From the human T2T-CHM13v2.0 reference genome, Homo sapiens: a stretch of DNA of 64,000 nucleotides. A program made the position numbers and the translations under genes. The stretch lies in the NCBI RefSeq assembly GCF_009914755.1, contig NC_060928.1; one strand, 5' to 3'. Below the pieces are notes generated by a model, which ran no database searches, was not told where the DNA came from, and saw only the letters and a program-made list of their open reading frames with translations. Positions 1 to 15,924 of the stretch are shown here, in pieces. How positions within the stretch are numbered: the stretch's first letter is position 1; each line of letters opens with the position of its first letter.

Positions 1-793
1 GGGGCTGAGGCCATACAGCCGGCCAGCGCCTGCTGGGCTTGATCAGAGGCTGGGTCCCATGCGTGGACCGCCATTCCCTCTTCCCGGGATGGCTGGCCAC
101 CATAGCAAGTCTCCATCTCTTTCTCGCTACCTCTCTTTTCCTCCTGATTGTCTGGGACGAGCTCCCTCTGGGCTGTCGCAGTGCCCAGGCTAGGTGCCGC
201 AAAGTCCCGTGGGGAGTGCCAGTGAGAGGTGAAGCCAGCTAGGCTTCTGGAACAGGTGGGGACTTGGAGAACTTTTCTGTCTAGCTAAAGGATTGTAAAT
301 GCACCAATCAGCACTTTGTGTCTAGCTAAAGGTTTGTAAACGCACCAATCAGCATGCTGTCAAAACGGACCAATCAGCTGTCTGTAAAATGGACCAATCA
401 GCAGGATGTGGGTGGGGCCAGATAAGGGAATAAAAGCAGGCCACCCGAGCCAGTAGAGAGAATCTGCTGAGGTCTCCTTCTATGCTGTGGAAGTTTTTTT
501 TTTTTTGCTATGTGTTGTGGGAGGTTTGTTCTTTCACTTTTGCTGCTGCTGCTCACTCTTTGGGTCAGTGCCACCTTTATGAGCTGTAACACTCACTGCG
601 AAGGTCTGCAGCTTCACTCCTGAAGTCAGCAAAACCATGAACCCACCAGTAGGAAGAAACTCCGGACACGTCCAGACATCAGAAGGAACAAACTCTGGAC
701 ACACCATCTTTAAGAACTATAACACTCACTGCAAGGGTCAGTGGCTTCATTCTTGAGGTCAGGGAGACCAAGAACCCACGAATTCCCGACACA
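1..793 (+). mobile_element. LTR12-family (ERV9) LTR, 5' end outside the window
   Basis: Contains TGAGAGGTGAAGCCAGCT..GGGGACTTGGAGAACTTTT, repeated CTAGCTAAAGG..GTAAA.GCACCAATCAGC units, GATAAGGGAATAAAAGCAGGC, the U5 repeat AACACTCACTGC.AAGGTC, and ends ..AATTCCCGACACA. Confidence 0.93.
300..440 (+). promoter_or_regulatory. LTR12 U3 promoter motifs: 4 CCAAT (NF-Y) boxes, GATA site, AATAAAA TATA-like box
   Basis: CCAAT at 304, 345, 370 and 394; GATAAG at 421; AATAAAA at 428. This is the known ERV9 LTR promoter architecture; activity is not shown. Confidence 0.6.
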
Positions 794-1357
794 CTCTCAG
801 GACCATTCCATCTGGCTTCCTTTTTCGGAACCTAACTACATACATGCCATTATCCTACCAAACACTTGAAAGCATTAGCCATACTTAAGATTTCTTTTCT
901 TCTTACTCAGCCAACAGGCAGAGGATATTCCAGCCAAAGTCTCTAGCTTTTAGACTATTCCAGGTAGGTGAAAATCAGAAACCTAGCTGTATGTTTCTCT
1001 ATCTCCAGGGAACCACCTAAAACTCTCCAATTTTTTTTTTCAGTCTGCATCACCTGGATTGAAATGAGCGGGAGAGAGGGAACTGTTCTCTCTTCCTCTC
1101 TGTGGGCAGAAGGTAATGGGGAAAGCCAGAATGTACCAACAAGTCTTTCCTTATCTCTGGACCTTTCAAATTCCAAGGAATGTTTTTCTCCTCACATATA
1201 GTCTTAGGGTTAGAGGTAGTTGCAGGCTGAATGAGTAACCCTATCTTTTAGCAAGTCTGGCTAGATAGATTGGAAACTTGACTGAGAATGTAGGACTTAA
1301 AAATATTGTCTCCTATTTTGAGCCGTTTCCAAACATCTGAGATGACAGGAAAATGTT

Positions 1358-1665
<308 letters not shown>

Positions 1666-3549
1666 AAAATGTTACTTTTAACATTCTGTTACATACATAA
1701 ATATTCAGAAGTGCTACAGTTGTTAAGTTTTAACTGGAACTTATTGATTCATATAATTGTGAGGCAGACAGGTAATTCTGGTTTCCATTACAGTTGGCTC
1801 AAATGATCTCAACAGCCCCCCTCTCTCTCTGTCTCATTAATTGCTGTTCTCATTTTTTTCTCTTTCTCTTACTTAGGAGATTCTGTTTTCTGATGGAAAT
1901 TGTCTCATATTATTAACATAAATAAGGTTTGGGCAAGAAAAATGGATAAATCATTAAATTTTATGGTCTTAACAAGGTATAAAACACCGCTTGACTACCA
2001 ACAATTGTCATTGGTTTAATATCCCATTAACTAGAATAGACTAGGTTCCTGCATTATTTATTCCATTGATTTTGTTGAAAAGATAATGTACATCTTCAGC
2101 AACTATATGCATTAACAAGAGAATGGTAAGGTATATTTAATAGTGGAAACTATATTAGTACACGTATTATTATTGCAAAATGCAAAAAGAAATTGAGTTA
2201 TAAATCTGCCCTGCTGCTCTGTATATAATTATTTCTACTGGGATTCTCATAATATTGTACACATATATTTGCTGACCTTCTAGACAAAGAAATACATTCT
2301 GTGATATGTGAAATATATTGTAACCCAGAAGTGGAATGTTTTCCCTAGTGAGGGTTCATTTAAATAATTTTATCATCACCATGGTGGGTTTTTTTGTTTG
2401 TTTTTTTTACAACACAGTCTGTGGTTCACAGCATCGGTGACCATAGTCCCTAAAGTGAGATAAAATGTGTTAGAGAAGAAATGAACACCTGCTGGAGTTA
2501 CTTTTGTTTTGACTAGAGGCAGTTTGATATTCAGCTAGAGAGAGGCATATGCAAGGGAAAGGATGTATACAGTGATTAAAACCATGTTTTTTTGCCAGTG
2601 GGGGTTCTATACACGTTTTATCACTGTTTCTGGAGGCAAAACAAGAAGGTGTGTATCCCTTTGTATCCCAGGGCCACACCATTAATCTCATCCAGAATGA
2701 AGACAGAAGGTCTCAGTATGTGGTGCCCATAGAACAGATATATTTTAATAGACCAGAGCTTGATGCTATCACAAACACCAGCATTTGCCAAGTTTAACGT
2801 GAAATAAACTCTACTCTTGCAAATAAGTGAAATAGAATAAAATATAAAAAACATCTGTTTTCAAATTATTTTAAAGTTATAAATGAAATGAGACACTTCC
2901 TGGCTCAGTCAACTTGTTTTTATGAGTTAATGGGCTGTGATGCCAGTTTTCTTTTAATACTAAAATCCATTTTAAGGTGGTTCTTACAGCCTTTAGCGAA
3001 ATGATGGTTCTCCAGAGAGAAATTTTTTTTTTTTTTAAATTTCTGTGATGCCTACTTGCTCACAAATAGTGCATGGGGTTTGGCACATATATGAGCACCT
3101 AGGTATGTATAATGAATTGTTTGAGAGAGATATTAGTGGGTTATCATTTAGCCCATAGCCAATACTGGGAATCTGGTGGAAGGGAGTAACTTTTTAGAAA
3201 GACCACTTTTGGGGCTCCAACTGCTTGGTTTACAAAATCTTATTTATTTGTCTTTTATGTTATTCATTTATTATTATTATTAGTGACTATTTCCCTCTTT
3301 TTCTCCATCTCAAAAACAACAACAACAAAGAAATATGTGTTCATGAAAAGCTTTTAGTAACTAAAAATGATTAGTTAAATTTAAAAAACAAAGTTTTGTA
3401 AGAACTGGGATACGACCCAAAAAACTGTTAGATCAAAATACATCAGTTTTAAAATACCTATAAAGGAGCAGGAGATCCAAAAGCCATCGAGATGCACCCT
3501 TTCTCAACTTTGTAGTCCCTCTTTCTTCATTTATTGCTGCACCACAGAC

Positions 3550-4084
3550 GTTTTGGAGTTCAGGGAATTCAGAAAATCCCACCCTAAACATGCCACTTTG
3601 GCATATTGATTGTTTTAAATTGAAGAAACTTCAAAAAAATAGCAGATGCAGAATGGGCATTTTGACCTTAAAAGCAAGAGATAAAACTCCCACATAGAAG
3701 AGGTGCCCTCTCTGTACCTTAAGGAAGAAAGACGTTCTTATTTTGAGAAAGGGCAGTCAAAACCCAGAGAAATCTGTACAAGCAAACTTTGTTCAAATAA
3801 TCCTTATATTCCTAGTCATTTCTTTACAATTAGCTAGTGTAGTCCCAAAACCCCTTTCTTTGTCACGTTTTCACACTGTCTGACACTTGGTTCAACTCAG
3901 TAGATAAGTGTTCAACTCTGCTTCTTGGGGTCTTCATTTCTTTTTGAGAGATTCCATGTCATGTAAAACTTATATTAAATAAATTTGCATATTTTTCTTC
4001 TATTAATCTATCATATGCTAGTCTAATTCTCAGGCTTAGCTGGAAAACCTTAGTAGGGTAGAGATAAAATTTTGCCTCCCCTAC
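3550..4084 (+). mobile_element. ERV1 solo LTR, MER34/MER39-like
   Basis: Start resembles CACCCTAAACATGCCACTTTGGCATATTGATTGTTTT; AATAAATTTGCAT polyA region; ends TTTGCCTCCCCTAC. Confidence 0.7.
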
Positions 4085-5549
4085 GGATTTCAAAAATATT
4101 CTTTTTGATACCTACTCTAAGGGTTGATGTAGTAAAACTGTTCTTAGCTTAGTGTTTGGCATTAGAAAAAGCAATCAATGTTAATAATTATTTATAGGTA
4201 CTGGTAAAGATAACCCAGAGACCCCATCTGTATTAGGCAGGATAGATTAGGAACTGCTGATAAGTGGGGCTACTGGCTCTCTCAGGCAGCTACTGGATCT
4301 GGCAACTTAGATATCTAGATTACTATTACCTTGTATTTTGTTTATCCCAATGAATGCACATCCTTCATAATCACTGCGTAGAGGAAGATAGTTCTGGAGT
4401 GTAACCTCTGCTTTCAGTTCACTGTCCAGTACTATTACACAGTCTGAGGTAACTGCAACTAGACTGGGAAATGTGGGAGAACATATATTCAGTATGTAGA
4501 AAGTATTTTGGCCACATCAGCCATATAGCAAGGAAATATTTATCTGCTTGGTAATGCAATTAATCAATAGTAATTGTATGTGATAATTTTCTCTACTTAA
4601 ATAACAGGTTAAAAAAACAGTAGTACTGGTTAAAACCCTTATATAGAGAGTGACATATTCTGGAAATAAATGAATATTTGAGTATTTAAAATATAACTTT
4701 CTTACATATTGTATATTCTTAGAAGGATGATATTTCAAAGTAGAAAGACATGCTCTATGCTAACTGCTAGAATGGCTTACTCTATATTCAAACTATGTTC
4801 ATTGTTTAAGTACACTGTAGACTTTTGAACTGATACTTGTGTTGTATAATGTTTTTCAGGTTTCATTAATTAGAGTATTTATTATATATTTTACTTCAGT
4901 TAAGTTACATATGTGATTTTATTTTCAACAAATATTTACTAGTAAATGTGTTACTTAATCATACATAGTAAAATTTAATAAATATATTATATTAATATTT
5001 TGACTTAAATTTCCATGTGTGAGTTTTTATTTCAAAGTTTGAATAGGTTATTTTTTCCCAAAACTATTAATAGTCAGAGCTGCAGAACAATAGATATTCT
5101 AGGATCAGAAATCTCCTGCCAGTATGGTTTTTACATGGTCTTTGAAGATTATCCAATAGAGATAGAGTTGTTTTTTTTTTTTTTTCCAATTCTTGATTGA
5201 CCTAACTTCAACTACTTGGTTGCATGTAGTAGAAAGGAAAAGAGAAGGGAGAAAAAGAAGAAAATGAACCTGTATTTAAAATATTGTCTCAGATCATGTA
5301 AAAGAGTAGATACATAGACAAACTACTGGAAGGTAATCAAATTTTGTCTTTTTTCATCTGTCTACATTAAGCAATCAAAAAACTTCTTGTTCATGTAAAA
5401 TTGAAAAAAATGTTATTTTTGTTATTCAAAAGGAATAATTTATTTTGCCAATTCATGAAATTTTGTGTGTTTGGAATAATTGTGGTGAAATTGATTTATA
5501 TCTGTATCTATGGTAAATTTTCACTGTATGCAAAATGATGCCAACGATG

Positions 5550-5695
5550 AAATAACATTTGTTGAAAGCTTACCATATGCCAAGTATTTTTTAAACTTGT
5601 TACAAACTGCATTAATTAGTTAATTAATTAATTAAAATTACCTGATGGGACTTCCCTTTTATCCTCTTTTACTTTTAAGGAAATGTAGGCATGAA
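5550..5695 (-). mobile_element. MIR fragment
   Basis: AACATTTGTTGAAAGCTTACCATATGCCAAG...TTTTAAGGAAATGTAGGCA resembles the reverse MIR core. Confidence 0.45.
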
Positions 5696-5918
5696 TATCA
5701 AATAATGTTATGGTGAGAACATTTGGAAATATTAAAGCAATTTATATTTCAGTCAGCCATAGAGAATGTTTTCTTGTAGTTTTCCACTGTTAAGATTAAA
5801 CCCAAGGCAATGCCATTGAGAATAAGTCAGCCATATCTACTTTGACACTTATAGCTGAATTTCAGAGTCTAGATTGAACAATGCATTAGAAATCTAGGCA
5901 TTTTGGAGATAAAAAATG

Positions 5919-6237
5919 TTTTTTTAAATTTTTAATTAATTAATTAATTAATTTTTGAGATGGAGTCTCTCTCTGTCGCCCAGGGTGGAGTGCAATGGCC
6001 AATCTCAGCTCACAGCAATGTCCACCTCCCAGGTTCAAACGAGTCTTCTGCCTCAGCCTCTCGAGTAGCTGGGATTATAGGCGCCTGCCACCACACCCAG
6101 CTAATTTTTGTATTTTTGGTAGAGACGGGGTTTCACTATACTGATTAGGCTGGTCTTGAGTTCCTGACCTCAGGTGATCCCCCCACCTCGGCCTCCCAAA
6201 GTGCTGGGATTACAGGTGTGAGCCACCGTGCCTGGAC
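5919..6237 (-). mobile_element. Alu (AluSx/Sz-like) with (TAAT)n-degenerate tail
   Basis: Full reverse Alu consensus; degenerate TSD AAAAAATGTTTT / AAAAAGTGCTTT. Confidence 0.95.
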
Positions 6238-6559
6238 AAAAAGTGCTTTTTTTTTAATGCCAACTTCTTTGTGCTCTTTGGATTTTTGCCTAGATTCAAA
6301 TAATAAAAATTGACTATAAACGACAAGTATAGAGAGCTCAGATTATAACCAAAGATTAAGTTTTCATTCAACGGGAAATGTAAATAGAAGCCTGTTCGGA
6401 GAGGAGAAGGGAGAAAGGTTAGATATACTTGGATTTTATGTGTCCTTATTTCTCAACATTTCCTCCAGCATTCTGGGATCAATGGGGCAGTGAGTGTCCT
6501 TTTGAAGAGTCTGTAATAATTTGATCTCTTGTGTTGATTTCACCATATATATAAATTTA

Positions 6560-6690
6560 GTAAGGAAGTAGAAAGGAGGGAGGGATAAAAAGAATAATAA
6601 AGAGATGAAAGGAAGGAAGAAAGGAATGTAGGAGAGAAGGGAGGAAGGAGAAGGGAAAGAGTGATGATATCTAGAAGGAAATTGAAGAAT
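6560..6690 (+). repeat. GA-rich low-complexity tract
   Basis: Mostly purine run (GAAGGAAGAAAGG..GGAGAAGGGAAAGA). Confidence 0.7.
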
Positions 6691-6928
6691 AATGGGATCA
6701 ATTATTGAAATATTTTTGTTATTCCTGGGATTAAACCCTAGAAAAGTCATTGGTTTTCAACGCTAATGATTTTTCAATTCTACTGACAAATTAGAACCAT
6801 CTGGAGAGATTTTTATGGGTATTACCCAGAGCCCATCTGTAGAAGCTAAGAATCTCAGCCCAGCTATTCCAGTTTCAAATTTAGTTTTTTTCAGATGTTT
6901 AGTCACAGACAATATGAAAATAAATTTA

Positions 6929-7291
<363 letters not shown>

Positions 7292-7867
7292 TCATTTAAA
7301 CAGTCTCTCCACCTTTTCTCCATCCTCCTCTTTCTTCTACTACTCATGCTCTCTAAGATGACAGTATGTGAGAGGGGGTGGAGATTGGAATGACTTCAAG
7401 AGTTTGAGAGGGAGGAGTCTGATCTTCATTCCATTCCCTCTTCCTTGCTAATTTCTGCTGAGATGATTGATTTGATTCATCATTGCATATTTGCCTCTAT
7501 CCACTGTACACCTGCTTCTCATGAAGTTCTTCTCTCACTGTGTTGGCTACAAATATCTCTGCTCTCTAGCTTGGCTTCTGATTATGGGATTCACCTCCTT
7601 TGAATCATGCCTACCCTAAATTCTTTTCTCTATCGACTATTCCAATCCTGTAACCATTACGGGAGAGTGTGATAAATTGGGAACCCCACCCATACTATGT
7701 ACTGCCTGCAAGCTAACTCCTACCTTCTATCAAGCCATAACAACTTCACCATGCCATTTCTATTCATGATCCATATGCAGTGAGCCATCAATAAGAGGAA
7801 TGACTCCTGCAGACCTACACAATGGCCCACTCACTGCTAGACAGAATCCAGGTAAAATTTTTTCTAA

Positions 7868-8318
<451 letters not shown>

Positions 8319-8811
8319 AATTCACATCATTTTTAGATTTAGTACACATTTCAAAGGTTTAACATTAAAACTCAATTAGGTCGTATATACTGCTAGGTAG
8401 GTTGTGACATTCAGATGTTCATGGACAGATTTGCTAGTGAGTCAGTTTAATCACAGAGTTTATAGAAGAAGGTCTTCTACACTGGAATTTGTCCACCTAC
8501 CTGGAATTCTGTACTCATCCATGCAGAATGTTGGCCCTAAGGGAAACCAGAAAGAAAGCTCCAAGTAAGTCTCAGAGTAGGATCTACCTTTCTTCATTCT
8601 TCTTCGCTTTTTACCTCTTCCCTAAGTCTCCACCTTCACATCAGAAAAATATTTGACCTTTTTCTTGGCTCTTTTGCCATACTCTGCATTCTTCACTTTA
8701 TGGCTTTCAGTAAAAACTCAGTGTTCTCTATCTAATTTGGCACTTCCTCTACCTAATGCACGCTGATATATATCTTTTCAAATACTAAATTCTTGCAGGT
8801 TGAAAAGTGCT

Positions 8812-9013
8812 TTGGTTTTTCCTCCTTTGCTTGCTTCCCTCTCCTGCCAGCATGTAAAGAAAGTTCTTGCTTCCCCTTCGCCTTCCACCATGATTGTAAG
8901 TTTCCTGAGGCCTCCCCAGCCATGTGGAGCTGTGACTCAATTAAATGTCTTTCCCTTATAAATTTTACCCAGTTAGGTATTTCTTTATAGCAGTGTGAAA
9001 ATGGACTAATACG
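8812..9013 (+). mobile_element. THE1D/MSTA MaLR LTR, 3' half
   Basis: CCTTCCACCATGATTGTAAGTTTCCTGAGGCCTCCCCAGCCATG...GAAAATGGACTAATAC. Confidence 0.88.
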
Positions 9014-9327
9014 TATATCTTGATCTATCTCCTTAATAACTACCACCTGTCTGCCAACTTCACTTAATTCTATAATTTCTGCTTTCTGAGATTGACACTT
9101 TCAACAATGACCTATTGCTATAAATAGATCTGTGTATTAATTGATTTCCAGAATCTGAAACTTATTCTATCTCATTTCAACCATGTTTCTGATAACAATA
9201 AAAACTCAATATATTAGAAAATTCTTTTAAAAATCCACATTATTTACAAGTTAGATTATGCAAACCATAGTTTCAGTAGATAACTTACAGACCCTCCAAT
9301 TCACATTTGTAACATAAAATTACATTT

Positions 9328-9875
9328 ATATAAATGAGCCACAGATAGCCTCTGTGCATTGGCCCTGAGGTGCTTTATTTTTTCACTATAGTTTGAGGCC
9401 TATTTGTTCAAAAATCTGCCAATATCAAACCCAAATTTTTACATATCCAATTTAAAAAAAATAACCCACATAAGAAGCTCATAGCCATTTAGAACTTGTT
9501 TGTTTTATTCTACCTGTAAAACTTCATCCAACAACTGTTACCCATTGATAAGATAAGACCTTGTAGTTATAAGGCCCCAAGCTGCTATGACCCTTCAGAG
9601 TTCTCTGACCCAAAGACTCCCTGATGTACTGCAGAGCAACATCCCCTAGACATGTAAGCACCCACTTCCATTCCCCTCACCCCTGGGAATTCCCTTACCC
9701 TCCTCTCCTGGATGGTGGCTCCTGGGCTAAGGCTCCAGCTAGTATCATGCTGTAAGGGTCTTCATATCTCATGCAATCCTGTCCAAGTACCACCCATTAA
9801 TGCTCATTGTGTGTTATTGGCTATTGTGGTTGTCTTTTCCTTGATCAACCTCAAATCCCTCAAACTCCCTATAAT
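9328..9875 (+). mobile_element. Probable old ERV solo LTR (family uncertain)
   Basis: LTR-like composition with a C-rich core and a terminal segment CCCATTAATGCTCATTGTG...CAAATCCCTCAAACTCCCTATA; weak recognition only. Confidence 0.4.
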
Positions 9876-10039
9876 TTCCCATCTCAGACACCAGAGATTC
9901 TTGAACTCAAAATTTGTAACACTGTACCTCGGTCAGTAGTAAGTTATCAGGTAGGGAACTGAAACCATCTCCTTACAAAAGTATCTACACCATTGAGAGT
10001 TTTACAAGCACATACATATTTAAAATATTGATATCTACT

Positions 10040-10250
10040 ATTAATTGAATTTTACCAAGTGGCAGACACTTTACAAGGCAGTTTGCAAATATCACATTTA
10101 ACGTAATTACCATGACAACAAAATAAGGTAGGTGCTATTATTTCTATTTTACCTATAAGGAAAATGAGATATAGAAAACTTATATAAATTACTCCAAACA
10201 AAATAAATTTTTCATGGGAGGACTGAGTCATGATTAAATCAAGTCTTTCT
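10040..10250 (-). mobile_element. MIR
   Basis: AAGGTAGGTGCTATTATTTCTATTTTACCTATAAGGAAAATGAG matches the reverse MIR core. Confidence 0.7.
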
Positions 10251-11797
10251 TCTAATAAAATGTTTAGCCTTTTTCTCTTTCACTACGTTATGTTCCTCTT
10301 GTAGTGACTTTTATTATTTTTATAATCTTTGTTTTGTTTGTTCTGTTTCACTAAGCAAATGTTTTTTTCCAATTTTTACTGTATGTATTAGTTCTACTTC
10401 ACATACAAAATAAAAACAAATGAAAAAACTCTTTAAAAATATCGCATTAACCCTGAAGAAAATAACTATGTTTTTTGTCCTCATAGTCTATTTAATATCC
10501 ACAAATAATTTTATTTAAATTGACTTTCAGTTAATCAAATTCTTGATGATTATAAATATAAATTATGTATACTTTTGGCATAAATGCTAAACAAATATGT
10601 TGCAACAAATGCAGATATACAAATATCCTAGTAGGGTATATCCTACAAATATTTATAGCAGGAATGCACTGAAGGGATTTTTTTTCTTTAATATTTCCAT
10701 GTGTGTAACTAAGTCACTTGCTGAATTAAGTTTAGCAATGAAATATGACCATTTGTAATTAATGTAAGTGAAAAGTGGTAGAGTCAAATAATCCGAAATT
10801 TGGAGGGCTTGCTAATTGAAAAGATCAGTGGAGGAAGTACATCTGCAAATGGCCATGATTAGGTCCTAAGAAAGGCTGAGGGAATGCGGTTCATGAAATG
10901 TCCAAACATAATTTAGTCAGTACGCAAGGAAAACTTGGTTCTATGAGTTTGAATCACACTTAACTAAAAATCTAGTGAGACTGAGGGAGACACCAGAATA
11001 ATGTGTGTTTATAACAAGAAATAAAACGTCACCATGGACCAGAGTATTTGTATCATTAAATCTCAAGGGGGGAAGACAAAGAGTCAGTAAAAGGCAACAT
11101 TTTTATTTGCTATGGAAACTCCAGAATATAGAGATAGGAAATACTCAAAACTTTATATTGAGCACTATATCAGAAAGTAGATTTTTATGGGAATTAAAAA
11201 CTGTATATTGAGCCAAGATTCAAAATAAGGGGAATTGGCTGTGTTAAATGTTTAATAACATCAGGTTTAATTAGCTACTCTAAACATCTAATCATAGGCA
11301 CTATCTTGTCAATAAGTAGTAAAAGATATTTATTTTCTCTTGTGATTTATATTTAGCCCTGTCCATATGATAACCTGGACATTAGAATGAGAAATATACA
11401 AATTTCCATGAGCAATATATCCACTTTCTTAGGCAATGGCTAAATTAAACACAGAAGGCAAGTATCTCTATCTGTATGGTTCTTCCTTCTGTAAAAATAT
11501 ATCCTTCAGTTTTATGTTAGCATTTTAGTGGTGTCCTTCTGCTCAGGGAATCCTTCTTCCCCTTGGGTTAATACTAAGATTTAATTATCAAAGAGCAATC
11601 TTATCTTCTTCACTTTCTAGCATTAGGGGCAACTTACTGAACTCTCTCTTTCCAATGCTAACCAAACCGATGTTTTGATTCATTAAACAGTGACAAAGTG
11701 TTTCATGTAATTCTTCCTCTGGTGAGTGGTAGAGATGGGAATCTTCAACTTATAAAATATGTATATCACTTTTTACAGGCTGCTTTGGTATACTTAA

Positions 11798-12122
<325 letters not shown>

Positions 12123-12455
12123 TATATGTGTCTATTTCTTAATGTCCCTTCTTGTGTCATAAACTTCTTGGTGTAACTCATTCTTTAGTATTTCTCAGTA
12201 CCTTGAACTGTGTCTTGCCCTGAGTATACACTCAACAACTGGTTGCAGAAATAAACTGAAATCAGCTGAACCACTGATAGCCATTGCCAAAAATCTAATG
12301 AAAGGGAAAGGCATATCCTTTTTCATATTTTGATGTTTTATAAAAGCAGAATCAAAATGTTCTTCAGAGTTTAAAGCAGACAGGGCAAATTAGAATTCAG
12401 ACATAAAGGAGAGGAGACGTTCGTTACTTGGAGTTTCAGAATATTTATGATTTTG

Positions 12456-12718
12456 GGCCTGCTATCCCAGCACTTTAGGAGGCAAAGGTGGGCAGATTAC
12501 TTGAGGTCAGGAGTTCAAGACCAGCCTGGTCAACATTGGGAAACCCCATCTCTACTAAAAATACAAAAATTAGCTGGGTGTAGTGGCAGGTGCCTAATCC
12601 CAGCTACTTGGGAGGCTGAGGCAGGAGAATTGCTTGAGCTTGTGTTGATGGGGGGCCAAGATCGTGCCATGGCACTCCAGCCTGGGTGACAGAGTGAGAC
12701 TTTGTCTCAAAAAAAAAA
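12456..12718 (+). mobile_element. Alu (AluS) with 5' and internal deletions
   Basis: Alu body plus polyA; TSD AGAATATTTAT(G/A)ATTTT at 12438 and 12719. Confidence 0.92.
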
Positions 12719-12793
12719 AGAATATTTATAATTTTTGAACTTTATTCTATAAAATGTTATATATATACGCATATCTAACTATATACATACATA

Positions 12794-12795
<2 letters not shown>

Positions 12796-12837
<42 letters not shown>

Positions 12838-12845
12838 AGAGAGAG
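12796..12845. repeat. (TG)16 followed by a short TG/GA microsatellite
   Basis: Direct reading. Confidence 0.95.
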
Positions 12846-13917
12846 GGGTGGGTATCTGCCTCCATGAAGAGTCTTCTTTCAGGTTCCCTATGCTATTATG
12901 AGATTGGTTTACAAAGTATATGAAATGGAATATTAAAAGCTTGCAATCAATATACTCTCTTTCATAGAGATTTATCATTGTGATTATTGAGGATAACTTA
13001 GCATTGAAACATTGAGAATAAAAAAGAGGACAATGATTTAGGATGAAAAGCTTTTGATTATGTTAACCATTAGCAGAGTTTCAGGATGAGAAGTATGATA
13101 AATGACTGCTATCCAGTTTTACCTACAGTTAACCTTCTTAATGGGAGGCAAGAAAATGTGGAAGACACTGTCTCCCAAAAAGGACAGCTCACTGCCCAAA
13201 AATTTGAATTTCATTTCCTGAAATGCCATTGGAATAAGGCATATCTTCGTTGTTAAAGGATTTCTCATTGTAGTTGGACAAACGTGCTTCTGTATGATAT
13301 TCAGCAATAAATAATCTCCGATGTTTAAGATCTGGTTTCAGAAAACACTACATCCAGCAATGGGAAGAGGGGAAATTGTATCGCTTCATCTGCTCTGAGT
13401 TACAAAATCCCAGAATCTTGTTCCACAGGGGAATCATGTCACTGGAGCTAACTACCATGGCCGCAGAAAATTTAATAAAACACTCAGTGACAGCAAGAAG
13501 CTCTCAAGGTGAGGTGGTGCTTTAGTTTTATTACCTTAACCATGCCTGCATAATAAAACCATGACGGAGCCACAGTAAATATTGTAAATCATACATTCTC
13601 ACCTATAAAAGTTCATAATGAACTGAGCATAAATATCAGTAAAATATGTGAATAACAAAACTATTCAAATACATACTGCATAATAATGAAGATAGAAGTT
13701 TATTCTTGACTTCTCTGGGGTACAGCTTAAAATGCTGTTGCCAGCCACTGGAGAAACCCAGTAATGAAAAACAAAAGATAGAAAACTGGGGGCTGGTAAG
13801 CAGTGACTTCTCCTTGTAGTATCCCTGTCACTTAGAACAAATTCTTGCACTGGTATTTTCAGAATACAGGATTTATCAACTTTCTTTGTGTTATTGTGTG
13901 CATTTACGTGAGTCACT

Positions 13918-14626
13918 GAAGCAGAGAGCCCATTGCTTATCTAACAGCAGTCTTCTCGATTGTTTCTTGTATATAGGACGCTGAATAGTTTCAAGTATTT
14001 ACCCCACTGGATTGTGATTCCGTACTCTTTCAGGGGTAAACGCAATAAATCTATTCTAAAACTCATATGTATTTTGCCAGTGATTGGTTTAGGAGTGAGT
14101 ATGGGTCGTGATTTAGTTAGTGCAATGTGTATGTAGGGACTCCTTTCCTACATGATTTGTACAAATAGGAGGCCTTGAGTTAAGCAGGCCCATCATCCAT
14201 TTGTAACCATTCTGTAACTGTGAATGAAACATTTCTGGATAAGGCCAACAAATGACGTTGGTATAAAGAAACAGAATAAACCTGAGTCCTGGATAATGCT
14301 AGTAAACTGCTGAATTAACTTACCTCATAATTTCTTTCTTTCTTTCTTTCTTTTTTTTTTTTTTTTTTTTTTTTTGAGGTGGAGTCTTGCTCTGTCGTCC
14401 AGGCTGGAGTGCAGTGGTGTGATCCCGGATCACTGCAAGCTTCGCCTCCCGGGTTCATGTCATTCTCCTGCCTCAGCCTCCTGAGCAGCTCGGACTACAG
14501 GCGCCCACCACCACACCTGGCTAATTTTAATTTCTTTTAATGTGAGATAATACATTTTCTCAATATTTAGGTTAGGAAGTCAAGATTTTCTATTACTTGA
14601 AGTTGGAATCAGCCTCAGTGATAGAC
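13918..14626 (+). mobile_element. Old MaLR LTR (MLT1J/K-like) interrupted by a truncated AluY
   Basis: CAGTGATTGGTTTAGGAGTGAG; AAACCTGAGTCCTGGATAATG..AACTGCTGAATTAAC; TGTGAGATAATA..TTTTCTATTACTTGAAG. Confidence 0.65.
14338..14527 (-). mobile_element. 5'-truncated AluY (right monomer only)
   Basis: CTGCAAGCTTCGCC and CATTCTCCTGCC diagnostics; TSD TAATTTCTTT at 14328 and 14528. Confidence 0.9.
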
Positions 14627-14686
14627 ACAAGATTCCTAAGAGGAATCACAATTTGTAGAAAATGTTGATTCAGAAGACAACTATTT

Positions 14687-15197
<511 letters not shown>

Positions 15198-15924
15198 TAA
15201 TTCTTAACAGCTTTTCCTCTTGTAGAAAATCATAAAAATGGCATAGAATCCTAAGAAAATAAGTACTAGCACATTTTAATTGAATTTTGAGAAAACATGA
15301 TTTTTGTTCATTTTCTGACATATAATTGTTGTCATTATTCCCTAAATTCTAAATTTTAATGAGTAAATGAAAGAATTATCTTAAGTTGTATAGAAATTTT
15401 GTTCAAATTATGATTTTTATAGTGGTGTGCCACTTTATCTTATATATATTTTCAGGCCAACAAACTTGTTTAATATTAAGCAAATCACTAATAGCTACAC
15501 TACAGTTATTTTTCATTCATGTTTAGGGATCTTGATAATACTAAGCCCCAAAAGCAGGCATTGCTTATTTATGAAAATTCTCAGAATAATAACATGAAGT
15601 AGTCAGTTGAAGTCACAACCTTTATAACCAGGAAATTACACAGGGCATGACCTGAGATGGATTCATTTTCTTTCAGTTTATGATTTCTTTATATCATTTT
15701 CAGTTAAAATATGAAAATGACAAATATGTCAAAAAATCATTCTAGATGAAATAGTCTATAACATTAACTCAAAAATTGATTTAAAAAATTTTGATTGGAT
15801 GTTTTCCATTGGTGTTACTATGTCAAAGATGATGCCGAGTCCATAGCCCTAAAGGAGTACATGTACCTAATAATCTTAATATGTCCACCTTTTGAAACTT
15901 TATTAGGGCAAGGAATTTATAGAC

